DNA from: Owenia fusiformis
Lineage: Eukaryota
Assembly (NCBI GenBank): GCA_903813345.2
Contig: CAIIXF020000001.1
Coordinates: 25,296,001-25,360,000 of the forward strand
Reading direction: 5' to 3'
Length of the DNA: 64,000 nucleotides
The notes beneath the pieces were generated by a model. It did no database searches, was not told where the DNA came from, and worked only from the letters and a program-made list of their open reading frames with translations. The position numbers and the translations under genes are program-made. Shown here piece after piece: positions 27,601 through 37,572 of this stretch (its first letter is position 1; every line of letters begins with the position of its first letter).

Positions 27601-30600
27601 GAAAAATACTAAATGCTGTCTTGCTCTATCTACCATCGATATTATAGATATTTTTTTTTATAAAATATTGAAAAACTATACATACACACATAGGGATCTC
27701 CACAGCCACTTGGCATATCTCTATGTGTGTATGTCCAGCTATTAATTGAATATAGGTTATTTGCTGGGAGGTATTGAATATGGGTTTTATTCCGAGGGAC
27801 AATATGATATTGACCGAAGGGTGATATGATTTTAACCGAGGGAGCGCAGCCGTCATTTCATGTTCTGTTACATTCAACTCAGTTCGCACCCGTCGCCTCT
27901 ATTATCCAATTAAACGGAGGGCTGTCAGTTCATTTCGAGAATTTGCCCGATTACAACCTGTGTCGGTAATTTCCGGAAAGGATAGGTACTGTATATATAT
28001 GGTGAACTGAATTCGACAATGTTTTTCTCTTAAACCAATTATTGAAAACATTCTGTAAAAAACACGGTCCTTTATGTAATGTTGACTGATTGGCAACAAT
28101 TTAATGCAAAAATTATTAATTACAGAATATACGTATAACTGTTTTTTTTATTTTAGTGCAATTGTTTTTTTGTTCCTTTCTACCGATTCTTAGAATGAAA
28201 TAAAATGTCTAAAGTTCCGAACCTTGTTGGAACAAAATAGCATATACAACATTTTCTTAGACCTCTCAATATTATAGTTATACAAAGGAAATTTTGGTTG
28301 ATTTAACAAAAAGTACGCAAAAACAAATCACCCCAAAATAGATAAAAAATTAAGATAAACCTTTTAGTTCATTAACAAGATACTTTTTTAAAATCAACCA
28401 AACTTCCCTTTGTACAATTACTATATTGAGAGACCTAAACACGTTGTGTTTATGTCGTTTTGTACCAATGAGGTTCGGATAGATGTTTCATTTCATTCCG
28501 AACATATGATACCAAGAACGAAAAAATTGTCTGATGTGTTTTAAAACAATATAGAGAAAAGTATATATATATAATTCAAATTATCATGTTACCATCCAAA
28601 GGATGACCATTAAATTGACGATGTGTAAAATTTTCAGAACGTTTTGATGATTGGTTAAAGAGAAACGCGTGTTCAAAAAGTTCACCATATCGATACCACT
28701 CCTTTTGAGTTGATGGCCCTTAATCGAATAGGGGCCCCGATAGTATCACCAATTCTTGGATGAGTACTCTTTTTCTTTTAAGAGCTGAATAATACCATCA
28801 AGCTTATTTGAATTTTTCATTAAACATCTAAACTAGGTTGCCATTTAGTCGGAATTAGGTCTTGAACATGTTTGAAAGTACAACCAATGAAAATAAAAAA
28901 TATCAACAATTCAATACATAACTGTTGGAAATGATTTGCCTTATCTTCCAGGGTCTTCATTTTCAGACTTATCCGAAGCGTCTTATTGAAAATGCTTTAT
29001 TGCCATATTCATCACGTTAGTTGCTTAAAGATTCCCAAGGACCACACACTGAGATATTGAACAAAAGAGCAGTGCCGGATAGTCGTTTTCTGATATTAAA
29101 AAGTTGTTTTGTATTTATACAAGCCTGTGGTGATCCCTGATTGTCTCGAGTACATCTTATCAATAACTCTTTTCATTTAACACAAGCCTCTAACCAATTC
29201 CTGTTATGATGGTGCAGAATATTAAATAATAGTAACAAAGAACTCATTCATTACGTTTTTAGTACATAAGCGAGTGATACACCTTGCTAGAATCATTGAA
29301 AATGAACAGGTAGTCGGTCGTGGATAACTCCATCACCGCAGGTACATTGATCGAAGGTAGAATAAAAAAAACAAATACAACGTACCAAATACCTGTGACC
29401 TATTATTCAATATCAAGCCATGTTCAGCATTTAGATTTCTTTCTTAGAATCCAACAGATAATGATTTTCAATTGAAAATGTCAAACCCTAATTTGGAGCA
29501 ACCATATTTGAAAATCTCATTTCATCTGACCGTATCTAGGGAAAATATATGATATTGACATCAGAAAATATCACATTGACGCTCGGGCTGTCGCCCTCGA
29601 TCGATCAATATGATAGGCCTATTTTCGTTGGTCAATATCATATTTGTCATTGGAATAAAATTCATATTCCATCCCTCCCATTAAATAACCTCTATGTGGA
29701 AAATGACGTGTAGGTTTGCTATGAATGCACTCTTTGAAAATGTATTAGCTATTCATTTTATAATGCACTCGTGGTTCAAGATGTAGTTAGATATTTCTTT
29801 CAGAATGCACTGTGGAAAATGGAGTAAATGTTTGATATTTATTTCAGAATGCACTGTGGAAAATGGAGTATATGTTTGATATTTATTTCAGACTGCACTG
29901 TGGAAAATGGAGTATATGTTTGATATTTATTTCAGACTGCACTTTGGAAAATGGAGTATATGTTAGATATTTCTTTGAGAATGCACTGTGGAAAATGGAG
30001 TATATGTTAGATATTTATTTCAGACTGCACTGTGGAAAATGGAGTATATGTTTGATATTTATTTCAGAATGCACTGTGGAAAATGGAGTATATGTTTGAT
30101 ATTTATTTCAGAATGCACTGTGGAAAATGGAGTATATGTTTGATATTTATTTCAGAATGCACTGTGGAAAATGGAGTATACAATGTTTGATATTTATTTC
30201 AGAATGCACTGTGGAAAATGGAGTATATGTTTGATATTTATTTCAGAATGCACTGTGGAAAATGGAGTATATGTTTGATATTTATTTCAGAATGCACTGT
30301 GGAAAATGGAGTATATGTTTGATATTTATTTCAGAATGCACTCGTACGACTTCTTACTGAGCGGGAGATAGATGAAGCTAGAAGAACTTTCCGGGTTTTC
30401 GACCGAGATGGGAATGGCGAGATATCGGAACATGAAGCAAAACACGCATTCACAAGCTGGTACAGTCAGTTCCTGCATGAAACACCAGGCTCCTTGAAAA
30501 TGTAAGTATTGATGCAAGGGATGTCTCATATAATATATATAATTAGGCTCCTTGTAGGTACTATTTGATTTTCGATGGCACCTACGTGTAGCTCTTTGGA

Positions 30601-33600
30601 GATGCAGGTACAGGTATAAGTAACCTTCAATCAAAGGCAAAAAGGTCGTGTACTTTTAACAAGTTGTGTTAAATGCTGGTATTCCGTCAGCTGTTGGCTT
30701 ATTGTATAGCTTAAAATACAGTTGTATTTGGTGCGACCAGGCTCATTGTCGGTGTGAGTATTGGCATGCGACCTGCGACAAGGCTTGTTGAGTATGTGAG
30801 AATTGGTATGCGAACAGGCTCAACGAGGGTGTGAGTATTGGCATGCGACTAGGCCTATTGAGTGTGTGAGTATTGGTATGCGACGAGGCTTATAAAGGGT
30901 TTGAATATTGGTATGCAACCAGGCTTATTGAGGGTGTGAGTAATAATAATGCGACCAGACTTTTTTGAGAGTGTGAATATTGGCATGCGACTAGGCTTAT
31001 TGAGGGTTCAAGTATTGGTACTATGCGACCAGGCTTATCAAGGGAAGAGTATTGATATGAGACCAATGTTGTGAGTATTGGCAATCCGACCAGGTTTAAA
31101 TGGTATGAATATCGGTATGTGGCCACGCTTATGGAGAGTATGAGTACTATTGATGCACCAGATATATTATGAGGGTGTGAGTGTTGGTATGCGACCAGTC
31201 TTCTTGAGAGTGAGTATTTGTATGCGACCATGACTTATTGAGAGTGTGTTTTGGTATGTTGCTTCATCATTTGTATTGTAATAGGATTCTACATTGTGTG
31301 TTTTAGATTAGACACAGATGATGTAGATGATAATTCAGAATTTGCTGTTCATGTAAAGGAAAACACAAAACTTATTATGGCTGCTGATACAGACAAAAAT
31401 GGGTAGGTTTATGCTGATTGCTGAAATTGGTTATCTTTAAAACCTGGTCAATGTTAAAGACAATTTCTTCAAATGCGACAAAACATTTCCGAGACCTCTC
31501 TGTGCCGTTGTATTCACACTTCTATGAATAGGAATAACTTCTATGATCTTGTCTATTATATATCTCATGAGAAAATATGTGATCAGAAAATCACAACGCT
31601 AAAAGGTGGGCCAAAAAACCACATACAAGTTAAGTTTAAGGATGAATACAATGTTTTAAGCCATATACCATGTATTATATTATATCATTTTAAAGATCAA
31701 TAATTTCCTAACAATATGACACTATCCAATTGAAAACCCTTTCTTTTCTTGTGGTTAGAGGCTAAAATTGACATCAGGGATGTCATGAGCCACCAGAAAA
31801 TGAAAATTGCAGTCACAGATGCACTCTATGTGGTTGACTGAATCATTATGAATTAATTTGAGAGTAAAACATAATTCCAAACAATTAATTAAACAGATTA
31901 TGTATTATGGGTGAATTTTGCACCAAACTTGTATAAATGACCTCTTTTGAAGGTTGTAAAAATACAAATTTCTCTCCATCTTCCACAACTTGGAAATCTG
32001 CAGATAATAATTGTTTAGTCGCTCAGCCTCATGACACCCCTTGTGTCAATTTTGATCTCTAACTCCACAAGAAAGCTTTTCAATCGTATGGTGTGTTAGG
32101 AAATGATTTATCTTTAAAGTGATACATAATACATGGCAAGGTTTAGGATATATCATATGACATTCGTCTTTAAACTTGTGTATTGTTTTTGGACCCCCTG
32201 TATTTCCTGTACAGGAGTAGTAAGTTGATATTCATTTCACATTCTATATCCCATCGCGTAAAGGCCATGGATTGCAAGCCACGTGAGCATTGAGATTGTA
32301 CAGTATATTACCACCCATTAGTCTGATAGGACACTCACTGTGAATTCCTTGGATTCCAGCAAAGTGTAATAGAATGCAATAGTGTTAATTTTGAAAAAGG
32401 AGATCTAGTATCCATAGTTAACCGAAAAAATCAATGGCAATATCAGGTCTAGTAATTGGCACTCCAATACTCATGCAGGTAACAGTACCTAGTCATTCCT
32501 GGTAATAAAAGCCTATAAACACTCCATATCCATTTGATTACAAACTTAACTTCAGATTTCAATAGTTAACTCCCTATTATCATTGATTTTCCAGAGTCAT
32601 CTCGACTCTACCTGTTAACATTATATTTCAAACATATATGTCTAAAACAAAGATAACATACCGGTATTATATTTGAGTATAAAATGTTTGGAAACTGTTG
32701 AATAGTTAGAAGTTTAAAGGAATATTCCTTGCCAGACCCTTTCTCTCTTGATATGGTAGCTATAATCATATATATAGTTTCCATATTTAGCAAAACATGG
32801 GAAAATGTTTTAATATGGTCAATATTGATCATTTAAAAATCTAGTGCTTATTTCCAGTGAGCTGTCATCTTTCAAGATTTCTTGCAGGAAGTGATGTCAT
32901 CAACTCTCAACTTCTATAACCTTGCCCATAACAGTTTAGGAAAGTAGCACAAAATCACTTCTAGACAAGTGATCATTACTCTCTGTGCAAAAATATTTTC
33001 AGGGCTTGTCAACTTAGAATAAAAGAAGAGATTTTCAGAAGGAATAAATAAGATACAAAGTTGAAAAAGAATATTTAGCTGGTTTTGTAATTCTTAATAG
33101 CTCCTCACCTAATGCTATATGCAAAGTTGAGAGTCGATGACATCACTTCCTGTGTGAAATTTTAAAAGATGGCAGCTTACTGGAATTGAGCATCACATTT
33201 CTAAGTGATCAAATTTGACCATATCAAAACATTTTTGCGTGTTTTGCTAAACATGGCAAGCATATATATGGTTATAGCTACCATATGAGGAGAGAGATGG
33301 TTTGGCAAGGAATACTCCTTTAAGGATTTCGCTACCCGGTAATTCATGAATGGCCATTGGGAATAACAATATTTTACAAATATTTAATTCCATTGAGGTG
33401 AATACCTGTGCATCTTTTACAAGTGGTATTCCACGAAGCCCGAATGGCTAGTGGAATATCATCTTGTGAACGTGTCACAGGTATTCACCGAAATAGAATT
33501 AAATATTTGTTTTATTCAGTCATGTGACTTCCGTTGAATATCGCTTATTATTTTTAGTCACGTGTAGGACATGGTCAAATCAGAGAGTTAGGAATATGAC

Positions 33601-35415
33601 AGTGATATAATAATGTTTGTTATTGGTATATTACTTTTTTTGCTCTCTTTGATGTCAATAACTCCTCATATATTTCTCAAGCTAGTAACCCATACTGAAT
33701 CGGATGCAATTAGTAAGTACATAAACATATAAGGTATACGAGGAAAGGCGACAGATAGCATTGCACATTTTAATAATCTATTTCTAAGATTCACTTAAAG
33801 AATAATATCCATATAAATAAATAATTAATATAAAATAGATGGATTAAACCCAATATGTGAACAAAAGTAATTTCATATTGAGCTTCCGTATTCTTCTAAT
33901 TTTATCAAATTGGTTCAGGAAGATTATCGCCCGGGAGTTATCGCAAACAATTTCGGTCGGTTTTATCTAAAGAAACGTATATACACGTAGAATGAAAGTC
34001 TATTTTACTTGGAAATATTAAACTAGTTATCAAACCATCAGCATACTTTTCAAAGATGTTGACCTCATTTTCATCAAAAATGAAATCATTTTTTACAATT
34101 AGCGCATTTCTATCCTTTATTTTGATGTGTATCAATTAGTTCTTGAATGGAAAACTGAATAATGAGTGGGTCTAAAAGATAAACCTGTGTTCATGACCAG
34201 AACATATTCATAATTTAAGTTAGAATCGTCTGAAATTGTCTGCGATAACGTGCTCCTTTATATATTTATTCTGCCCTCACAAAATAATTGTTATATGGGA
34301 TGTCAAGTTCCTAAATAGCATTGCCCAAGTCGGTATTTTTTTTACTTATCTGATCTTGAATCATAACCTAATAGAAATCAAGATAATTAAGAGCGACTTG
34401 GGCAAGTCTAGTTATTAAATTACCAGTCACAATATTATTCTGTTATTCTTTCTATACCAAAGGCTATATTTTTTGCTCTTTGTACACGGTGTTGTGATAA
34501 TCTGTTTATCAAAATATTTTTGAGTATCCCAAGTCCTATGGAAGGAGTATCTCGAAGATCAATATTCTAATTAAAAGCGATCCCAATCCCGAGACTCAAA
34601 CATGTAGATGCTCAATACCATTAAGATTATTTCCAATATCAATGGTGTTTCAAATTGCCTTTAAAGCTTAAAATGCACTGGTGATCCGCTCGATTACGCT
34701 AGTTACCGAAACGGTCTCGTTTCGGTAACAAAATGTCGGAACGTCGAAGGTAAGATTTTTCTTTTTCCTTATTTCACGCGTTGTAGGCAGAATAGCCACG
34801 ACGTTTTTTCTCACAAACGTGTATCAGTATCATGTTTTAGAAAATGTATGTTTGCGATATGGTGCAGATCTTAACTGTTTTTCGAAATACCGTTTATGTA
34901 ACTTAAGTGAGGAATTAAATCTACGATTCTGCTGTCTTCTGAACTATTTGTTCGCAAATATGTACATTTTCTTAAACATATGATACTGATACACGTGTGT
35001 GATACAAATGTCGTGGGAATTCTGCCTACAATGTGTGGAATAAGGAAAAAACAAAAATTGTGCCTTCGACGTTCCGACATTTTGTTACCGAAACGAACCG
35101 TTTCGCAAACCAGCGTAATCGAGTGGATCACCAGTGAAATGGCTGTTGGTATTAATGAGATTTTGAACGAAATTTGGAAAATGAGTCGATCACAATTCTG
35201 AGTTCTCTCAGACACTCTTCTCCTCCCCTCTAGATCTGTTTGTGTATAAAGAATCTATATTCTTTTATTTCAGGAGGGTTTCATGGAACGAGTACCTAAA
35301 GGACCAGGCACTATATATCATAGCATCAAGACCTAATAGCTGTAGTAACGCACCAGAGGATGACAATTTAACAACAAAAAACCGAACAATATCTAATGAT
35401 GCAAAAATCGTTTGA
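9658..35415 (+). CDS. PHF24: PHD finger protein 24 (GINIP) homologue, 410 aa: N-myristoylation motif, PHD finger, four EF-hand loops
   Basis: Exons 9658-10020 (MGSGASKR...), 17105-17290 (CHICAVYTGSETYPCRICPRVYHESCLRK...GWSCYKC), 18210-18288, 26776-26975, 30335-30501 (NALVRLLTEREIDEAR...), 31307-31402 and 35274-35415 (VSWNEYLKDQALYIIASRPN...*). All are GT-AG and in phase, 1233 nt in total. The PHD finger, the LLT.E segments and the terminal YI.A.RPN motif match PHF24 as I recall it. Confidence 0.9.
10111..10205 (+). mobile_element. 95-bp non-autonomous DNA element (TACCCT...AGGGTA), about 9-bp TSD, AcademH-like signature
   Basis: Flanks AGTCTGAAG / CGTCTGAAG; homologous to 13897-13984 (inverted) and 26142-26180. 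Confidence 0.7.
13155..13236 (+). repeat. Imperfect (AAAC)n microsatellite
   Basis: acaaacgaacaaataaacaaacaaacatataaacaaagaaacaaac... Confidence 0.7.
13897..13984 (-). mobile_element. 88-bp copy of the TACCCT...AGGGTA element with a perfect 9-bp TSD
   Basis: CTTGTATCC at 13888-13896 and 13985-13993; the body is approximately the reverse complement of 10111-10205. Confidence 0.8.
14831..15180 (-). mobile_element. Possible 3' remnant of a non-LTR retrotransposon
   Basis: Minus-strand frame KIYERSSLFSKMLNYNDF...RTLGKTIIKMQAKRRSIM*, followed by AATAAA and a (TAC)n tail at 14831-14850; weak resemblance only. Confidence 0.3.
15300..15511. mobile_element. Palindromic MITE with TAG...CTA termini; degraded relatives at about 7995-8350
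   Basis: TAGAGAGATCTCGCAACTCAATTATAGCATG pairs with CATGCTATAAGTGAGTTGCGAAATCTCTCTA. The core AAGCGTTTGATTACGTCAT recurs near 7998 and 8145. No TSD found. Confidence 0.7.
16259..17025 (+). mobile_element. Tc1/mariner-type MITE (TA TSD)
   Basis: TA|CAGGGTGGGCCAAAAAC...AAATTTAAAGATG pairs with CATCTTTAAACTT...TTTTTGGCCCATCCTG|TA; a second copy lies at about 31601-32200. Confidence 0.8.
17326..18038. mobile_element. Fold-back element filling most of the PHF24 intron after the PHD exon
   Basis: CCATGTGCAGTATGGCAAGTGATTTTAGACAGTCATATCT / AGATATGACTGCCTAAAATCACTTGCCATACTGCACATGG, about 190-bp TIRs; no clear TSD. Confidence 0.8.
19510..25148 (-). mobile_element. Academ (AcademX-type) DNA transposon with both ends intact and a disrupted transposase
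   Basis: Termini TAGGCCAGTCAATTGGTGA / TCACCAATTGACTGGCCTA; 3-bp TSD TTG (19507-19509, 25149-25151); imperfect TIRs of about 550 bp. Internal ORF pieces encode a DDE-type transposase, an XPG-like nuclease and a Cys-rich finger. Confidence 0.88.
20398..24033 (-). pseudogene. Fragmented Academ transposase-XPG nuclease-Cys8 protein
   Basis: Seven consecutive ORF pieces: VADSVDHN (first D), RLG.., MSFLGSVG.IM.GSGL, WTLHL...PYFAAAGHNLY, DLIIEQ (E); XPG/FEN-like IDGGALLH, VFDGY, STKD, HAFLGCDTTS; C-terminal CNCKTGCTTMHCTCRKNGMDCSMACGECRGIC. Multiple frameshifts and one in-frame stop. Confidence 0.85.
25205..26040 (-). mobile_element. Probable 3' fragment of an L1/Tx1-like LINE
   Basis: A T-rich tract with TTTATT at 25205-25235 (poly-A tail on minus); degenerate minus-strand peptides SIVHIFTAC (like the H.F..C end of a zf-RVT motif) and ISLSWINIL. 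Confidence 0.35.
26142..26180 (+). mobile_element. 39-bp mini-copy of the TACCCT...AGGGTA element with 8-bp TSD
   Basis: TTCGGGTC|TACCCTGCGTGCAGAGTCTAGTTAAACTACAAAAGGGTA|TTCGGGTC. Confidence 0.75.
27487..27725. repeat. Inverted repeat (MITE remnant)
   Basis: GAGATATGCCAAGTGGCTGTGGAGATCCCTAT pairs exactly with ATAGGGATCTCCACAGCCACTTGGCATATCTC. Confidence 0.65.
27991..28697. mobile_element. Old fold-back MITE (about 700 bp)
   Basis: ATATGGTGAACT / AGTTCACCATAT ends; 28180-28320 pairs imperfectly with 28380-28520. Confidence 0.6.
29695..30342 (+). repeat. 44-bp minisatellite whose unit contains the PHF24 3' splice site
   Basis: Unit AATGCACTGTGGAAAATGGAGTATATGTTTGATATTTATTTCAG starts at 29804, 29848, 29892, 29936, 29980, 30024, 30068, 30112, 30156, 30203, 30247 and 30291. 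The true exon starts at 30335. Degenerate copies lie at 29695-29803. Confidence 0.95.
30722..31258 (+). repeat. Degenerate minisatellite of about 35 bp (about 14 copies)
   Basis: Consensus close to GAGGGTGTGAGTATTGGTATGCGACCAGGCTTATT. Confidence 0.85.
31601..32200 (-). mobile_element. Second, inverted copy of the 16259-17025 MITE family
   Basis: GGTGGGCCAAAAAACC... and TTTTTGGACCCCCTG|TA ends; internal 31909-31953 is close to the reverse complement of 16513-16562. Confidence 0.75.
32718..33319. mobile_element. Kolobok-like MITE (TTAA TSD, AGG...CCT termini)
   Basis: TTAA|AGGAATATTCCTTGCCAGACC ... GGTTTGGCAAGGAATACTCCT|TTAA; TIRs of about 210 bp. Confidence 0.8.
33376..33510. repeat. About 135-bp hairpin/palindrome (Crypton-like non-autonomous element core); a similar one at 29540-29650
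   Basis: ACAAATATTTAATTC...GGTGAATACCTGTG...[GCCCGAATGGC loop]...CACAGGTATTCACC...GAATTAAATATTTGT. The Crypton assignment is inference. Confidence 0.55.
34676..35136. mobile_element. 461-bp fold-back MITE with CAC...GTG termini and 5-bp TSD
   Basis: AAATG|CACTGGTGATCCGCTCGATTACGCT ... AGCGTAATCGAGTGGATCACCAGTG|AAATG; TIRs of about 180 bp. Confidence 0.85.
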
Positions 35416-37572
35416 TTTCCCAGAATTACAGAAGTTACTAAAACGGCTGCATGTTCAATTTAAATTGCCTGGGTGATCATGCGTCTGAATTTCATTGAGG
35501 TTACACCAAACATGTCCATTCGAGGAATTTTATGGAATTAAAACATGTCTCATCACGATCTGTTGTAAAAGTCCTAAAATCTGAAATTGAACACTACCGA
35601 CGACGTATCTACATTGAGTTTGTATTTTATTCTTTTGTTTACAATTTATATACGAGAGGGCTATCCAAAGGCATTCAGCAGTGACTTACACTCATACATA
35701 CATGTAGTACGAAAAAATCTGTGGCCAATATTACGAATATGCGCCAAAACATTCTGAAGTGAATACTTTGGATAAACGATATTTTGTATATATAATGTAA
35801 AAATGCACACAAACTATTAATTCGAGATTTTCATACAAAAAATCGTTCCTGAATTTTAAATCAATCCGTTGATAAAATTAAGTGGGATGTCCACCTGTCC
35901 AAATGATCACAATATTATAGCACCCAAGGATAAAAAGTATCTTTGACGCACAAAATTATTTACTTGTGCCATTGGAAGACTGACACTTGATTTGACAAAC
36001 ACGTAGGTCTGTTGCTTTTTCTGTTCTGAATGAATCACATCAAAGACAATATTGGAAATGTATTCCTAATATAAATCATTCAAATGTGGCAATGTATGTT
36101 GGCTTGACTCCATAAACCTCACAGAAACTCATGATATATGTAATATCAGAAAATATTTATTTTTTCAGTCTTGCTTGTTTTACACCATAAAGTATCAATG
36201 ATCATTGTGTAACTTTATCAAAATGTAATTAAAATCAACAGTGAAAATATATCATTGTATGCATGATGTGGCTACAATAAAAGTATGTTATATAACATAA
36301 TCAGTGTTAGTGATATAAAACGAAAATAACAGTTTTAAACCAAACATGGTGCTTGAGAAAGACAATAAAGATTAAGAGACATAATACTAACAAAGAATCT
36401 CAGAGTCAAATGATCAGTAATTATGTAATAAATCTTACAAATTATAAGGTTCCTATCAAATTGATCTGTTGCTAAAGCAACAATAACAAAGTGTCAACAC
36501 CTATATAAGACTACATTATACTTTGATCACTACAGATTAAAAACGAATGTTAGACCAGAAAAAATATTCTTGTTTCTGGTCGCCTGCCATTCTAATAATA
36601 AATAAATGAGCTAAACACATGCAAAATGTTTTTACAATGTATCAAGCCTGACAGGGCATTACTCATTTGTTTCTATATAATCTGAATAAGTGTTTGGTAG
36701 GGATCCTACAGGACAAACTTTTTTATGCGAACAGAAACTATTTTTCATTGTCTGACCAACCCAAGGTTAAGTTCACAAAAGCACTGTTATTCAATCCTCA
36801 TTTATACTTGATGCAATTGTAGAATTCTATTAAGTCAGAAAGTAATAGATCTGTTGTATTGATTGGTTCATCTCTATCAATTGTTATCATTAATTATGAC
36901 ATTTTGATGTATATATTGATCCAGAGTTCATTTATTGTTAACAACACAACATTGTGTCCTGCAGTATAAAGAGTTTAATGATAATATAATTGTACTGAAA
37001 TTAAAATAATCAAATTAAAATCTGCTTTCTTCGTGGTTGTTTACGGTGGGTGAAAATTACTAGTAGATTGTGTTACCTGGCATACATAAGCAATTACTGC
37101 AAATTATGAATGACATAGTTCAATTGTACAACAACTTTGCAATAGTGAACATAAAGGTACCTTGAGAAACCTAAATATTTAAACCATGATTCCAATACAT
37201 TTGAGAAATCATCCGTTGAAGTTGGACATTCTTCACATAGAAAAATGTTATACATTTGTTCTGACACAGAATTCCTTACATGTACACATTGCATTCACAC
37301 AAAAGCAATGCTTAATGATCATTATTGATATGTGCAATCATTACCATACCATTACCAACTGCAATTAATTACACTTAATTACAGACAATTAATTAAAAGG
37401 TTTACATGTACCGAACAATCTCAAAGAGTAATCTAATATCAAATTACTGATAAAGTCAGACTTTAAAAACATAACAAATTATAGAATGAAAGGTTCTTGA
37501 GTACTCTCCTCTCTTATCACATTGAAGACAAATTACTAGGAGATTTGGCATCTGCATGTCTCTGGGAGGCTG

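Noticed and set aside
29804..30334. Regular repeat array resembling CRISPR; ORF 29863-30099
   Set aside because: The units are contiguous with no unique spacers, there are no cas genes and the setting is a eukaryotic intron. The ORF is just the translated repeat.
35416..37572. Overlapping 3' UTRs of convergent PHF24 and SPTLC1 (AATAAA at 36276 on plus, 36156 on minus)
   Set aside because: AATAAA is frequent in such AT-rich DNA and transcript ends cannot be inferred from sequence alone.
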